NCBI GenBank assembly: GCA_038087875.1
Contig: CM075977.1
Span: 320,478,001-320,542,000 of the forward strand
DNA from: Malacoraja senta
Lineage: Eukaryota
Direction of reading: 5' to 3'
DNA: 64,000 nt
The stretch's first letter is position 1; every line of letters begins with the position of its first letter. This document shows positions 47,905-58,933 of the stretch, one piece after another. The notes under the pieces were generated by a model, which searched no databases, had not been told where the DNA came from, and was given only the letters and a program-made list of their open reading frames with translations. A program made the translations under genes and the position numbers.

Positions 47905-48640
47905 GCCTATGTTTATATAGCCCTTAAAAGAACAAAGGCTTCACAAGGTGTTTCATGAGAGCATAACAAAGCAAGTTTGACACAGAACATGCTGAGTGGC
48001 ATCACAGAGATAGGAAAAGGCTTTAGAGAGATTTAAAAACAAAGGTAAGAATTTTAAAGCCAAAGTGCAAATTATTTGAGGGCCAATGTGGATCAGTAAG
48101 CACAAGGATAATGGCAGCAATGCTGTGAGTTAAGAGATGAGTAGCAGAGCTCTGGGTGACCATGACTCCTGCTATCCATCGATGGAATGAAAGAGGTTGG
48201 CAGGACTCAAGTTCCAGTATAAGGAGGGAGTGGGAGAGGGTGGACACAGGTCAGCTCAGACTGGTGAAGAATAAAGTGATGTTATAGAGGCGGAAATTGG
48301 CAACTGTAATGGTGGCACATATATATGGTCTGAAGTTCATCTCACGATCAGATGTAACAGCAGGTTTGCAAATAGTCAGGCTGAAACCCTGTCAGTGAAG
48401 GGAATGGAATCAGCGTTTGGAAATAGTGTTTATAAATGGATCGAGACAATGTGCCTTCAGGCTTCCAGATATTTTGTGAAATAATTATTTTGCATCCAGA
48501 GCTAGATATCTCATGGGCAATTTAATGAAGTGATAGGGTCAAGAGAACTGTTGATGAGGTAATACTGACTGTTTTCAACACATTTAGAATATGAACCTGC
48601 TTTTTTAGTTGACGTTATGCAGCAAGTAGATGAGAAATAA
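47905..48640 (-). mobile_element. Ancient L2 LINE 3' fragment
   Basis: LTDPHW...FKILTFVFKSL in ORF 48023-48247; gctatataaac 3' end. Confidence 0.65.
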
Positions 48641-49749
48641 GGTAGATTAAGAATCATCAGCACTAAGACATGATTCTATACACTGGCGATCGCCTAGCGG
48701 ATGGCAAACTCTAGAATCCCAGCTGATGTAAGGCTTTGCCCAGATCCCGTATTCCCAAAGGAAAGTAACAAGGTTTAGTTCTGGAGAGAATCGGCAGCTA
48801 TAAATTGCAAACTCTTTCACTTTGATATAAATTGAAATCTTTACGACCATTGAAAATGTTGTTCGAGGAGCAGGATTGCATTTTGAAGAATATCAGTAGA
48901 TTTATTTGACACTGCTCTGACCATAATTTACTGTTTCCTTGACAGTGTCGACAGAACTTCACATGCAACGAGTTTTATCACTTATCAGCTCAACATGTGA
49001 AATTGCTACAATGCAATTAAAAAAAAAATTAATGTACATTTATTTAAATGTAATTTTTTTTTTTAAGCAGAGGCACTGTTCTCTACAGATGAACCCTAGC
49101 AGTGAACATTGAATCATTGGGTCATTATTCAATTCCATATGATTTGCTACCTTCAAGGAGGGAAGAAAGTTGGAGCATTTTCCCAAAATGTTCTTTATCT
49201 TTTGGGTCTTTCTTTTTGTCAACTTGATCTTTCCTCTGAAATCTAATAGCTTGTGAGAGAATGAGTGCCAAATGCTTTTCTGTACACACCCAATCCTTCA
49301 CCTAAAGCCTCGTGACTGAATGCCAGTTAGATGTTTGAAACATCACAATCACATTCAATTATGTCTTTACCCAACAGAAAATCATAGTGAGAGAGCCTTA
49401 CAGGGGAAAACAGGGCCTTCATCCCTCTGAGTCAATGCTGCACATAAAGCACATGTTCACTATTCCTAAACTCACAGTCTGTGACAAACCTACATATTAG
49501 CACCAATTTTCAGTGGCCAAGAAACCTACCATCCCACACATCTTTGGGTTCTGGGAGGGTGCATGTGACAATAAATGTGAACTTGAACTTGAAATTAGAG
49601 CACCAGGAGCAGACAATCATAGTCATCGGGACAATATGCAAACTCCACAAATCCCATTCCAGTGCAACCATGGCCTTGGAATAAGTGAGGCAATCAGAAC
49701 AATGTACATTTCCCCAATTGCAGCCTGTTTTATAAAGGAAAACAAATAA

Positions 49750-50000
49750 ACCTGGAGATGCTGGAATCTGAAACAGAAATGCCGGAAGTACTCAGCCAAT
49801 CAAGCAGCATCTGTGGAACGAGAAACCGGGTAGTGTTTTGGGTCAACAATCCCTCTTCAGAATTGGGGAAAGAATGGAGAGTTCACAGTTTATCAAGTAG
49901 AGCTGGGGGAAGGAGTGAGGTGTAAGACAAAGACTATATGGAGATAGGTTAAGACAAATCAGGTGATAAGCAGCATGAGTACTGACTCCGAGTGGGCATT
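49750..50000 (-). mobile_element. Older Penelope-derived element
   Basis: ctggagatgctggaatctga...ggaagtactcagc...cagcatctgtgg...ccctcttcag. Confidence 0.6.
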
Positions 50001-50099
50001 TTAAAGAAACAATGAGAAAGGGGCATAAGCATGATAATGGGAAACAATACATGGCATTTCTGTTTAGGCTGATGTTTTATAAAATTGTACCATAACTTC

Positions 50100-51080
50100 C
50101 ATGTTCATATAATCTGTGGCTTGACTAATGGAAGCAAAGTTTCCCACATGCAATCTTCACTACCTTATCTCTCTATGCTACCACCTGTCATTCATATTTG
50201 TCCTCACAAAGTGCATCACCTTACATCCATTAGGATTAGATTCCATTTGGTATTGCTCTGTTCATTTTGCCAATATAATTCTATAGCTACAACATTTCCA
50301 ATTTTCATATCATCGTGAAGTTCCTCATAATACCTTCTTCATTCATATCCAAATCATTAATGTCAAACAGTAAAGGTCCCACTATCAATCCCTGTGGTAC
50401 ATAAATGGTCACAGGCTTCCAATCCCCAAATCAAACCTCTGCCATCACCCATGCTTCCCATTCCCATGCCAATTTTGGATCTAATTTGCCAACTGTTGTG
50501 GATTCCATTGGCCCTAACATTTTGAACCAATCTCCCTGGTGCAACCTTTTCATAAATCTTAAGGGCCTGTCCCACCAGCATATGTTTGCATGAGTCTAGC
50601 GCGACCAAACGTGGTCGCTTGAGGCGTACGGCCGCGCGGGGCCGGTTCCACTTCCAAGCACAGAGGCGTATGGAGTTGTGCGGGGCTGGTCCCGACATCG
50701 CGTGACGCATGCAAACGCATGCTGGTGGGACAGGCCCTTTACTGATACCCATGTAGAACTATATCGTCCATACTGCTCTAAACAATACATTTTGTCACCT
50801 CCTCCAAAAATTCAATTAAATTATTCATACAAAACCTTGCTGACTATCTTTGATTAATCTTTGCCTTTCCAAATGCAGATAAATCCTGCTTCTCAGAATT
50901 TTTCCAGTAACTTCCACTGACCATTGATTCTGACTAACACTTATAATTACTTGGCTTGTCCCTGCTCCCCCACCTTTGCTGTGTTCCAGTCATCTGGTAC
51001 CTCACCTGTAGCAGCATCAATTTGAAAAGCTTCTGTTAAGGTACTAGCAATCTCAGCCCTTGCCTTACTTCTGATCAGGA
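50100..51080 (-). mobile_element. Old CR1 RT fragment hosting a Harbinger MITE
   Basis: ggtcccactatcaatccctgtggtac (GVPQG region), ccttgctgactatc, ttataattacttggc. Confidence 0.7.
50562..50738. mobile_element. Short PIF/Harbinger-type MITE
   Basis: Terminal inverted repeats AGGGCCTGTCCCACCAGCAT/ATGCTGGTGGGACAGGCCCT; TTA TSD at 50559-50561 and 50739-50741; CpG-rich. Confidence 0.92.
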
Positions 51081-51374
51081 CATGAAAACAAAACTGTTTT
51101 TGTTGATTTTAAATGCATTACCAATAATGTTCTGTCTTCAGAATTTGAGGGATTTTTCCTGAGAATTGGCAAGATGATCTATTGTAAGTTGTTAAACCGT
51201 GATTGCCAAAAAAGTTAACAACTTATGTTCAAATTGTGCTGGAGTATATTCACCTCAGAATGGGAGTGTGTGGCTTAGGGTACAAACTGTGCCACATAAG
51301 TACACAGTTGTTCCAGGCCAGCTTTTCTTAGGAATAAGATGAGAAAAGACAAACATATATCAATTTTTTTTTTG

Positions 51375-51745
51375 TCACAAATTGTTGGAGTGACTCAGTG
51401 GGTCAGGCAGGAAATCTGGAGAACATGGATAGGTGATGTTTCGGTCAAGACCCTTCTTCAGACAGATTGTAGTGGGGGGAGAAAGCTGGAAGAGAGATGG
51501 GGGCAGAAACAAAACCTGGCGAGTGATAGGTGTTTACAGGTGAGGTGGGGGGAATTGATAGGTAGATGGTTGGACAAAGGCCAGAGATGAAGAAACAAAA
51601 AATGTGAGATAAGGACCGAAGAGGTACGAATTGTGGAGCCAAAGGAAGGAATGTAAGTGGAAGGAAATAGGTTTGGGGGGGAGGAAGGGGATAAATGGGT
51701 GCTAATCCAGGAGCGGCACAGGGTGGGGGGGGGGGGGTGAAACAA
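51375..51745 (-). mobile_element. Penelope pseudo-LTR fragment
   Basis: Arm, degenerate hammerhead and a long purine-rich (plus-strand) pLTR body. Confidence 0.8.
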
Positions 51746-53264
51746 AAATCTAATTATACATAGTTAAAACAAACTCACAACTAATTTCTAGGTAGGGATT
51801 GTCTTACTCCATATATCTGATATTTTAATATAATATCTAGAGTATTTCCTTTCAACATTTGTGGATTTGAAAGAGTTTGTTTTAGGTAAAAATCTGTAGC
51901 AGTGAGGCATTCAGTTATTGCTTGGATGGAACATGGCCTAGATTTAGCCCCTGATCTGTATTATATATTTGTTTATTATAGAGTATATTTAGGGAAAACA
52001 TAAGTGAAACATTTCCACCAAATATTTAGCTTACATTTGACTCCGGGGAAGATAATGTCTTCGATTCTGCTGTGGCATTGATGGGAAAGGTGAACATCTT
52101 TGTGTCTGTGCTGTCAGGCCTTGAGAAGGGGGATGATGGTTGAACAACAACAAAATCATTTTTGGTGTGGTTGACTGGCTTGTACTTTCCTCTTACTGAA
52201 TGCTGTGGCAGGTGCACTTTGAGTACATTTTGTACTGGAAATCTCTACTTTACAATGACATTTGCATATTTTTGCTCTTCCAGCATCATGTTTCAACTGC
52301 ATTTTTACCTCAGCCATTTCAATTCATGTTCTTTCCAATAGGGGAGGGGAGTAAAGCTATACTTCACTTTCTTAATTATCGTCTTTTTTAATTTCCCTTT
52401 CTCAGTGAAGTTTTAACCAAATTATGTCTACGTCATTCATGTATTGAAAACACATTTTCTTTATAAGTTTCATCATCATTAAGTGATGATGGCACAAATA
52501 TAGAAACCATTATAACCTTCTCAATGGTTATATCATTTCAAGTGGCATTCAAGAAGTTCTGGATTAAAACAATGCTGTTCCAGGCACAGCACATTATGTT
52601 CCGTGAACCTTCTTGTAATTTAGCTATACATTATTAACTTCCAACATTTGTGGATTCAGTGCTTGAACATGTGTTAAAAATGGATATTATGGTAAATTTA
52701 GTAGTAGAATCAGTGCACATATTACAACTATCACCAAAATATAGCAAGTGCCATTTTTAATAAATTTAATGATCTGACAATTTTCTGGCAGAAATCCACT
52801 TAGGCCATAACAGCCATGATCCCAGCAGGGAATTGAATATACTGGATACCCGTATTTCATGTGTGCTTATAGGACATTCTTGAAAGGTGCAGTCTTCACC
52901 ATTAACAATAACAACCTCAGGAATTGGTACTTACATACCACTTTAAACTGCTAATATATGCCAAGCACTTTGCAGGAGCATCATCAAGCTAAATTTGATA
53001 CTGATTCATAAGGAGACACTAGGGTAAATCTTCTGCTGAGATTTGCCCAGATCTGCTGGCAGGGAACTTAGTTATCTTCAGTTCAGCAGTGCACCAGTCC
53101 CAGGACAGCTCATGCAATCCGAAAGGGTGGTGCCAACTTCCGAAGATTTTCTGCTCAGTATAAGGACTCGATCCACTAAGGCTCCATCAAGTGGGATGGT
53201 CCGATCAAATTGATTGGGAGAAATCGGTTGCTAGATGCAACATAAACAGAGATTTATTTAATTT

Positions 53265-53412
53265 AAAAGACACAATGTGGTGGAGTAATTCAGCGGGTCA
53301 GGCAGCATCTTGGGAGGACCTGGTTCTTCAGAGATTCTGCCTGACCCGCTGAGTTACTCCGGCACATTGTGTCCTTTTGTGCAAACCAGGTTATTCGGTT
53401 CCTTGTTTCCAC
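53265..53412. mobile_element. Penelope-derived palindromic element, centre deleted
   Basis: ggagtaattcagcgggtcaggcag...ctgcctgacccgctgagttactcc. Confidence 0.8.
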
Positions 53413-53414
53413 TA

Positions 53415-54963
53415 TTTAGTTCAGCTTAGTTTAGAGATACAGCCTTTCGGCCCACCGAGTCCGTGCCGACCAGTGATCCCCATCCACTAGCACTATCTTA
53501 TACACTAGGGACAATTTACAATGTTTACCAAAGCCAATTAACCTACAAACTTGTACGTCTTTGGAATGTGGGAGGAAACTGGAGCACCCGGGGAAAACCC
53601 ACGCGGTCACAGAGAGAACGTACCAACTCCGTACAGACAACACCTGTAGTCAGCATTGAACCCGGGTCTCTGGCGCTGTCAAGTCAAGTCAAGTCAAGTC
53701 ACATTTATTTATATAGCACATTTAAAAAACAACTCTCGTTGGCCAAAGTGCTTTACATTTGTTATAAGAATAGCACAACAAAACAAACTACATACATATA
53801 TACATGTAGCCCTCACTCAGAGGACGTCAGGAAAGGCTTGGGAGTATAGATAAGTCTTTAGTCTTGACTTAAAAGAGTCGATGGAGGGGGCAGTTCTGAT
53901 GGGAAAGGGGATGCTGTTCCACAGTCGCGGTCGCCCCAGAGCTTATGCCTAGACCGTGGGATATTCAGCAACCCCAAGTCGGCCGATCTGAGGGGCCTGG
54001 AGGTGGAGTGGTGGGTGAGAAAACGTTTTATGTAGGTGGGGGCAAGCCCATTGAGGGCTTTGTAGACATGGAGGAGGATTTTGAAGTTTATATGGAACCG
54101 CACAGGGAGCCAGTGGAGAGAGGCCAGGATCGGGGTGATGTGGTCCCTTTTTCGGGTGCCCGTCAGGAGTCTTGCTGCGGCGTTTTGGACCAGTTGCAGG
54201 CGGGACAGGGAAGATTGGCTGATGCCAGTGTAAAGGGAGTTGCAGTAATCTAGGCGGGAGGAGATGAATGTGTGGATGATCTTTTCCAGGTCATCAAGCT
54301 GGAGGAATTGTTTTATTTTAGCTATCGTCCGAAGCTGAAAGAAGCTAGCTTTTACCACGGCATTGACTTGTTTGTCAAATTTCAGTGCTGAGTCAAATAT
54401 CACGCCAAGGTTTTTGACGTGAGGTTTGAGTAGTGGGGTAAGGCTTCCAAGGCTGCCTGCTATCATTTTGATTGAGTCCGAGGGGCCGAGAAGGATGAGC
54501 TCAGACTTACTCTCGTTTAGTTGGAGGAAGTTCTGGGCCATCCAGCACTTTATATCCTCGAGGCAGTGGGTAAGGTTAAACAGATTTGATTGGTTTTTGG
54601 GCTTCAGGGGGAGATAGAGTTGTGTATCGTCTGCGTAGCAATGGAAGGAAATGCCGAGCCTTTCAATGACTTGGCCTAAGGGGAGCATATACAGGGAGAA
54701 GAGAATGGGGCCAAGGATGGAACCTTGTGGAACCCCACAGCACAGATTAGCTGGGGAGGAGAATGAGTTGCCTATGTTAGTCGAGAAACTCCTACCTTTG
54801 AGGTAGGAGATGAACCAGCTCAGGGCAGTGCCATCAAAACCAACCCCATACCGGAGACGGTCGATTAGGATGGTGTGGTCGACAGTATCAAATGCTGCGC
54901 TGAGGTCAAGAAGGAGCAGAATTGTTAGGCAGCAACTCTACTCCTGCGCCACCATGCTGCCCT
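53415..54963 (-). mobile_element. HE1-type V-SINE split by an L2 insertion (53415-53680 and 54922-54963)
   Basis: ctggcgctgt|...|taggcagcaactctac rejoins the HE1 head. Confidence 0.88.
53681..54921 (-). mobile_element. L2-clade LINE, 5'-truncated, young
   Basis: LLDLSAAFDTVDH, GVPQGSILGP, CYADDTQLY, SRLDYCNS, LQLVQNAAARL, LHWLPV. 3' end tgtaaagcacttt...gtgctatataaataaa followed by (GACTT)n. Confidence 0.93.
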
Positions 54964-55589
54964 TTATTTTAGTTAAATCAGTGCAAAAGGATGTGTTCTA
55001 AATGTGTGTGAATTTAGTTATTTAATTTTTAAAAAAATCATTTACCTACTATTCATTAATATTCACTGGGATGATCTAACAGCTGGGGAGCCTGGAGGCT
55101 GTGAGTAGAGCTGGAGTTCTGCACTCAGACAGCCACTGTGCTGCACTCTGCTGTGCAAAGGTCACTCTGTGCAAATCTGCACAGTACAGGGGAAAGCAAC
55201 CAACTCAATCAATCTCAAGGCTGTGAAAAGTATGCCATGAGGATATAGGCCCAGAATGTGGTGTCCTACAACATTTTGGAGTGAAATGCAAAAAAAATTA
55301 ATCAATTGCTCAATGTTATTTATATGTTGTCATATACTTGCTACTTGAATCTTGTAGAATGGTAAACCTATTCATCCACATGACGTACGTACTCATGGAG
55401 GCATCTCAGCACACAGTGGAATCAAATGACACTACATGTGCTAAATTCATTTGACATATGAATGCGGGACAGCAGATGGTGAGGGAGGTTGCTTATACAT
55501 AAATTGAAGGGAAACAGTCTCGTCTGATCTGTGGAAGAGGAAATCCAAAGCAAGAGTCATCCAACATGTAGATCCTGGTTAAGATTTCT

Positions 55590-55800
55590 ACATAGAACAT
55601 AGCACATTGAAAGGCACAGCACAGGAATGGGCCCTTCGGCCCACAATGTATGTACAGAACAGTGCAAAGCTAACCTAATCTCATCTGCTTACACACAATC
55701 CACATCTTACCATTCCCTGCATATCCATGTGCTTATCAAAAAGCCTCCTAGACCCCACTATTGTATCTGCCTCCACCACCATCCCAGGCAATGCATTCCA
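55590..55800 (-). mobile_element. Old CR1-type 3' end
   Basis: catagaacatag...ggcccttcggcccaca...ggcaatgcattcca. Confidence 0.7.
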
Positions 55801-56139
55801 GTCCACATTTCCTTTGATTCCACCTTGCCACCGTGCCATTTACTTCAAATCCCCCCCAATACCAGTCGCCTGCCACCTCCACCTGTGGGACAATCGTGAA
55901 CATAACCTCCAGCAAATTTGTCCCAAAAAACATTAAATCCCACCCAACCCACTCGTGTTTCAACTCCACATTTAGATCACTCTTCCCCCTTACCGCGCAT
56001 CCTCCACACCCCCCCCCCCCCCCCAGCCCCTGACTATAATTCTGACCCTCAGTAGATTAAAGATGACAAGACATTTCATAGAGTAATGCTCATTTTGGGA
56101 GGAAGAATAAATAGAGAATGTAGGAAAACATTAAAGGTT

Positions 56140-56547
56140 GTAGAGGAGCAGAGAGATTGAAGGGTACAGACTTGCAAATATTTAAAAATAGGAAGGCCAA
56201 CAAAACGCTTATGCAGTCCAGGTTTTATAGTGAGAGAGTCTCGGACTAGAGGTCATAGCCCCAGAGTTAAAGGACGTTCTTTTAGGAAGAAGATGAGGAG
56301 AAATTTCTTAAGTCAGAGGGTGGTGAAACTGTGGAATTCTTTGCCACAAAAGGCTGTGGAGGCCAAGTCAGTGGATATTTTTAAGGCAGAGATAGATGGG
56401 TTCTTGATTAGTATGGGTGTCAGAGGTTGAGGGGAGAAGGCAGGAGAATGGGGTTAGGAGGGAGCGATAGATCAGCCATGGCAGAGTAGACTTGATGGGC
56501 CGAATGGCCTAATTCTACTCGTATCATTTATGACCTTATGACCTTAT
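56140..56547 (+). mobile_element. CR1 3' fragment with (CCTTATGA)n tail
   Basis: ORF 56230-56430 (SRTRGH...FLSQRVVKLWNSLP). Confidence 0.88.
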
Positions 56548-56844
56548 AAGGAAGATCAGTGAGTGCAAAGTTTAGGGTTAATTTATAAAACTAGATGAAC
56601 CATTGATTAGTCCATTTCATTTGAGTGAAGATGACTCTGGTAAAAATGCAAATATAGTGGTAAACAGGGAACCATTCAACACCCATCTTGGTTGAAAGGA
56701 AATAAAAGCCCATTGATTCCCTATGGAATTCCTCATATGCTCTTTTGGGGGTCTATCGCTACACTTAACCCATTTCCTTGTTTTCACTTTTGTAGCCTAC
56801 AGGCAAATTTAAGTATATTACATTGACTATTTTAATACAATAAA

Positions 56845-56970
56845 AAGGAACTGCAGATGCTGGTCTATACCAAAGATAGACACAGAATGCTGGAGTAACT
56901 CAACGGGTCAGGCAGCATCTCTGGAGAAAAAGGATAGGTGACGTTTCAGGTCGGGACCCTTCGTCAGACT
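56845..56970 (-). mobile_element. Penelope-derived element with hammerhead core 56940-56967
   Basis: Minus strand: agt-CTGACGA-a-gggtc-cc-gacct-GAAA-CGTC-acc. Confidence 0.85.
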
Positions 56971-57099
56971 ACTTTAACCTTCTCTATTCATTCTGTTACT
57001 TTTCCAATGATTTTCTTCTCTGTCCCAAACTATCAGCTTTTAAGATGGTTGTTTCTTTGACAAATTTGATGTGCACCCCAGCACAAATATCCATCTTTT

Positions 57100-57275
57100 C
57101 ACCCACCCCTCCCTGTCTTTTCAACTTAAATCACACTTGTATTCTTTACTCCAGTTTTGATGAAGGGCCCTAGTCCTGAAACATCAGGTGTCTCTCCCTC
57201 ACTGGATGCTGCCTGACCAGATGAGCACTTTCAGCATATTTTCCTTTTCTTACAGATTTCCAGCAGCTGCAGATT
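57100..57275 (+). mobile_element. Older Penelope-derived element
   Basis: ttgatgaagggccctagtcctgaaacatc...gatgctgcctgacc. Confidence 0.65.
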
Positions 57276-57734
57276 GTTGCCCTAATAGGTTTAAAGGAAT
57301 TTCAGTCGCACCATAAAATGAATTTATGCTGTACAATCTTACTCATAATCTTGTAATTATAAATAGGCATTTTAGGAGGAAAGTCATTAAAAAAAAAAAC
57401 GTTTCATGGACATCATCACTGAAATATACATCTCTCAGCTTAGATGATTGTAGATTTTCAGTCAAATAAATCTTCCAAGATTGCGATCAATAGGGTTTTG
57501 ATGATGACGTTAATAAGGGATTTATTAACGTCACGTAACGAGGCACATTAAATAGGACTGCTACACAGATTGGACATGATATGAATGAATGTCAGGGCAA
57601 ATGCAAGGAGCAAATAGGCTACTATTTCAATGTTTTCCTCATCCTACAACCAAGGGGCGGAGTTTAAGGGGTGATTCACTGAGCTATTGCGAGGAGTAAG
57701 GAGATTTAGTTCTCAGCAGAGCAGGAAAGAGTAA

Positions 57735-58190
57735 AGGGGCTGTCCCACTTGGGCAACCTAATTCGCGAGTTCTGGCGAGTTTGCCCTCGACTCATACTCG
57801 CAGCATGGTCGTCACGAGGTCGTAGGAGGTCTTCGTAACTCTCCTTCATGCTCATTATCAATATGATTTAAAAAATGCCCACGAGTAAAAAAAGGTCGTC
57901 GTGGAAAAAATCTATACTTTTTTGACTCATAGTCATAGTCGTAATAGGTCGCCATGTTACTCATAGGTAATCGAGGGTAGTCGTAGATGGTCTTCGTCAT
58001 AGTCGAAGGGAGGTCGAAGGAGATCGAAGGAGGTCGTCTTCACTCTCCACTATTCGGGGGCCAATTTTCCCGAAGTTAGTCGTAGCTAGTCATAGCTGGT
58101 CTTCAACATAGTCGAAGGAGCTCTTCAACATGTCATTTTTAAAAACTCTTCTATACTCGCCAATTAGGTCGCCCAAGTGGGACAGGCCCT
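57735..58190 (-). mobile_element. PIF/Harbinger-type MITE (same family as 20031-20615, reverse orientation)
   Basis: AGGGGCTGTCCCACTTGGGC...GCCCAAGTGGGACAGGCCCT; TAA TSD at 57732-57734 and 58191-58193. Confidence 0.92.
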
Positions 58191-58805
58191 TAAGGGATCT
58201 GCTGAAGAAGCTCCAAGTTAGGGAAGAGTCTCGATGAGATGAATCAGGGGAAATTATTTTAATTGCTGATTAACTGATAACCGATGGGCATTATTTTCAG
58301 CTCAACACCAGTGGAACAAAAAGAATCACTCAAAGACAATACTTGCAACATCTTTCAGACAATAATCACAATTTAATAATACCCTTCAACGTAGCAAAAG
58401 ATCTCAAGGTTCTTCACTTAAGTGACAGCCAATAAACAAAAGTTAAAACTGAGCTGTGGGGAGATAGTAGGGAAGATTACCAGTCTCAAAACCATCTGTC
58501 CATGAGTAGAAACAAGGAACTACAGATGCAAGTTTACAAAAACAGACAGAAAATGCTCCATACTTAATTTCACAAACTTGCATGCATTCAGCTGATGAGG
58601 CTCTAACAAAACAGAATTCTGTCCCTAATCTTCTCTGCCTCACTGCTTCTCCTTCCTCAAAACCTATCTGTCGTGCCAAGAGTTTGTCACTGTTTCTAAA
58701 GTCTCTTTATTTTGCGCTGTGTTAACCTTTGTCTGACATCATCCCTGTCATTTACTTTAATAAAGTAAATTATTTTTTAACATTCACTTTAATAAAGGCG
58801 CCATA

Positions 58806-58933
58806 CTGAAGAAGGGTCTCAACCCGAAAATTACCCATTCCTTCTCTCCAGAGATGCTGCCTGACCCGCTGAGTAACTCCAGGATTTTGTGTCTATCTTC
58901 GATTTAAACCAGCATCTGCAGTTCTTTCCTACA
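58806..58933 (+). mobile_element. Penelope-derived short element inserted in an old L2 tail
   Basis: ctgaagaagggtctcaacccgaaaattacc plus arm; the flanks aaaggcgccata...ctatataaata resemble an L2 end. Confidence 0.82.

Noticed and set aside
30408-52491. Small palindromes (30408-30426, 43047-43061, 52471-52491)
   Set aside because: Stems of 7-9 bp are expected by chance in 64 kb and have no supporting context.
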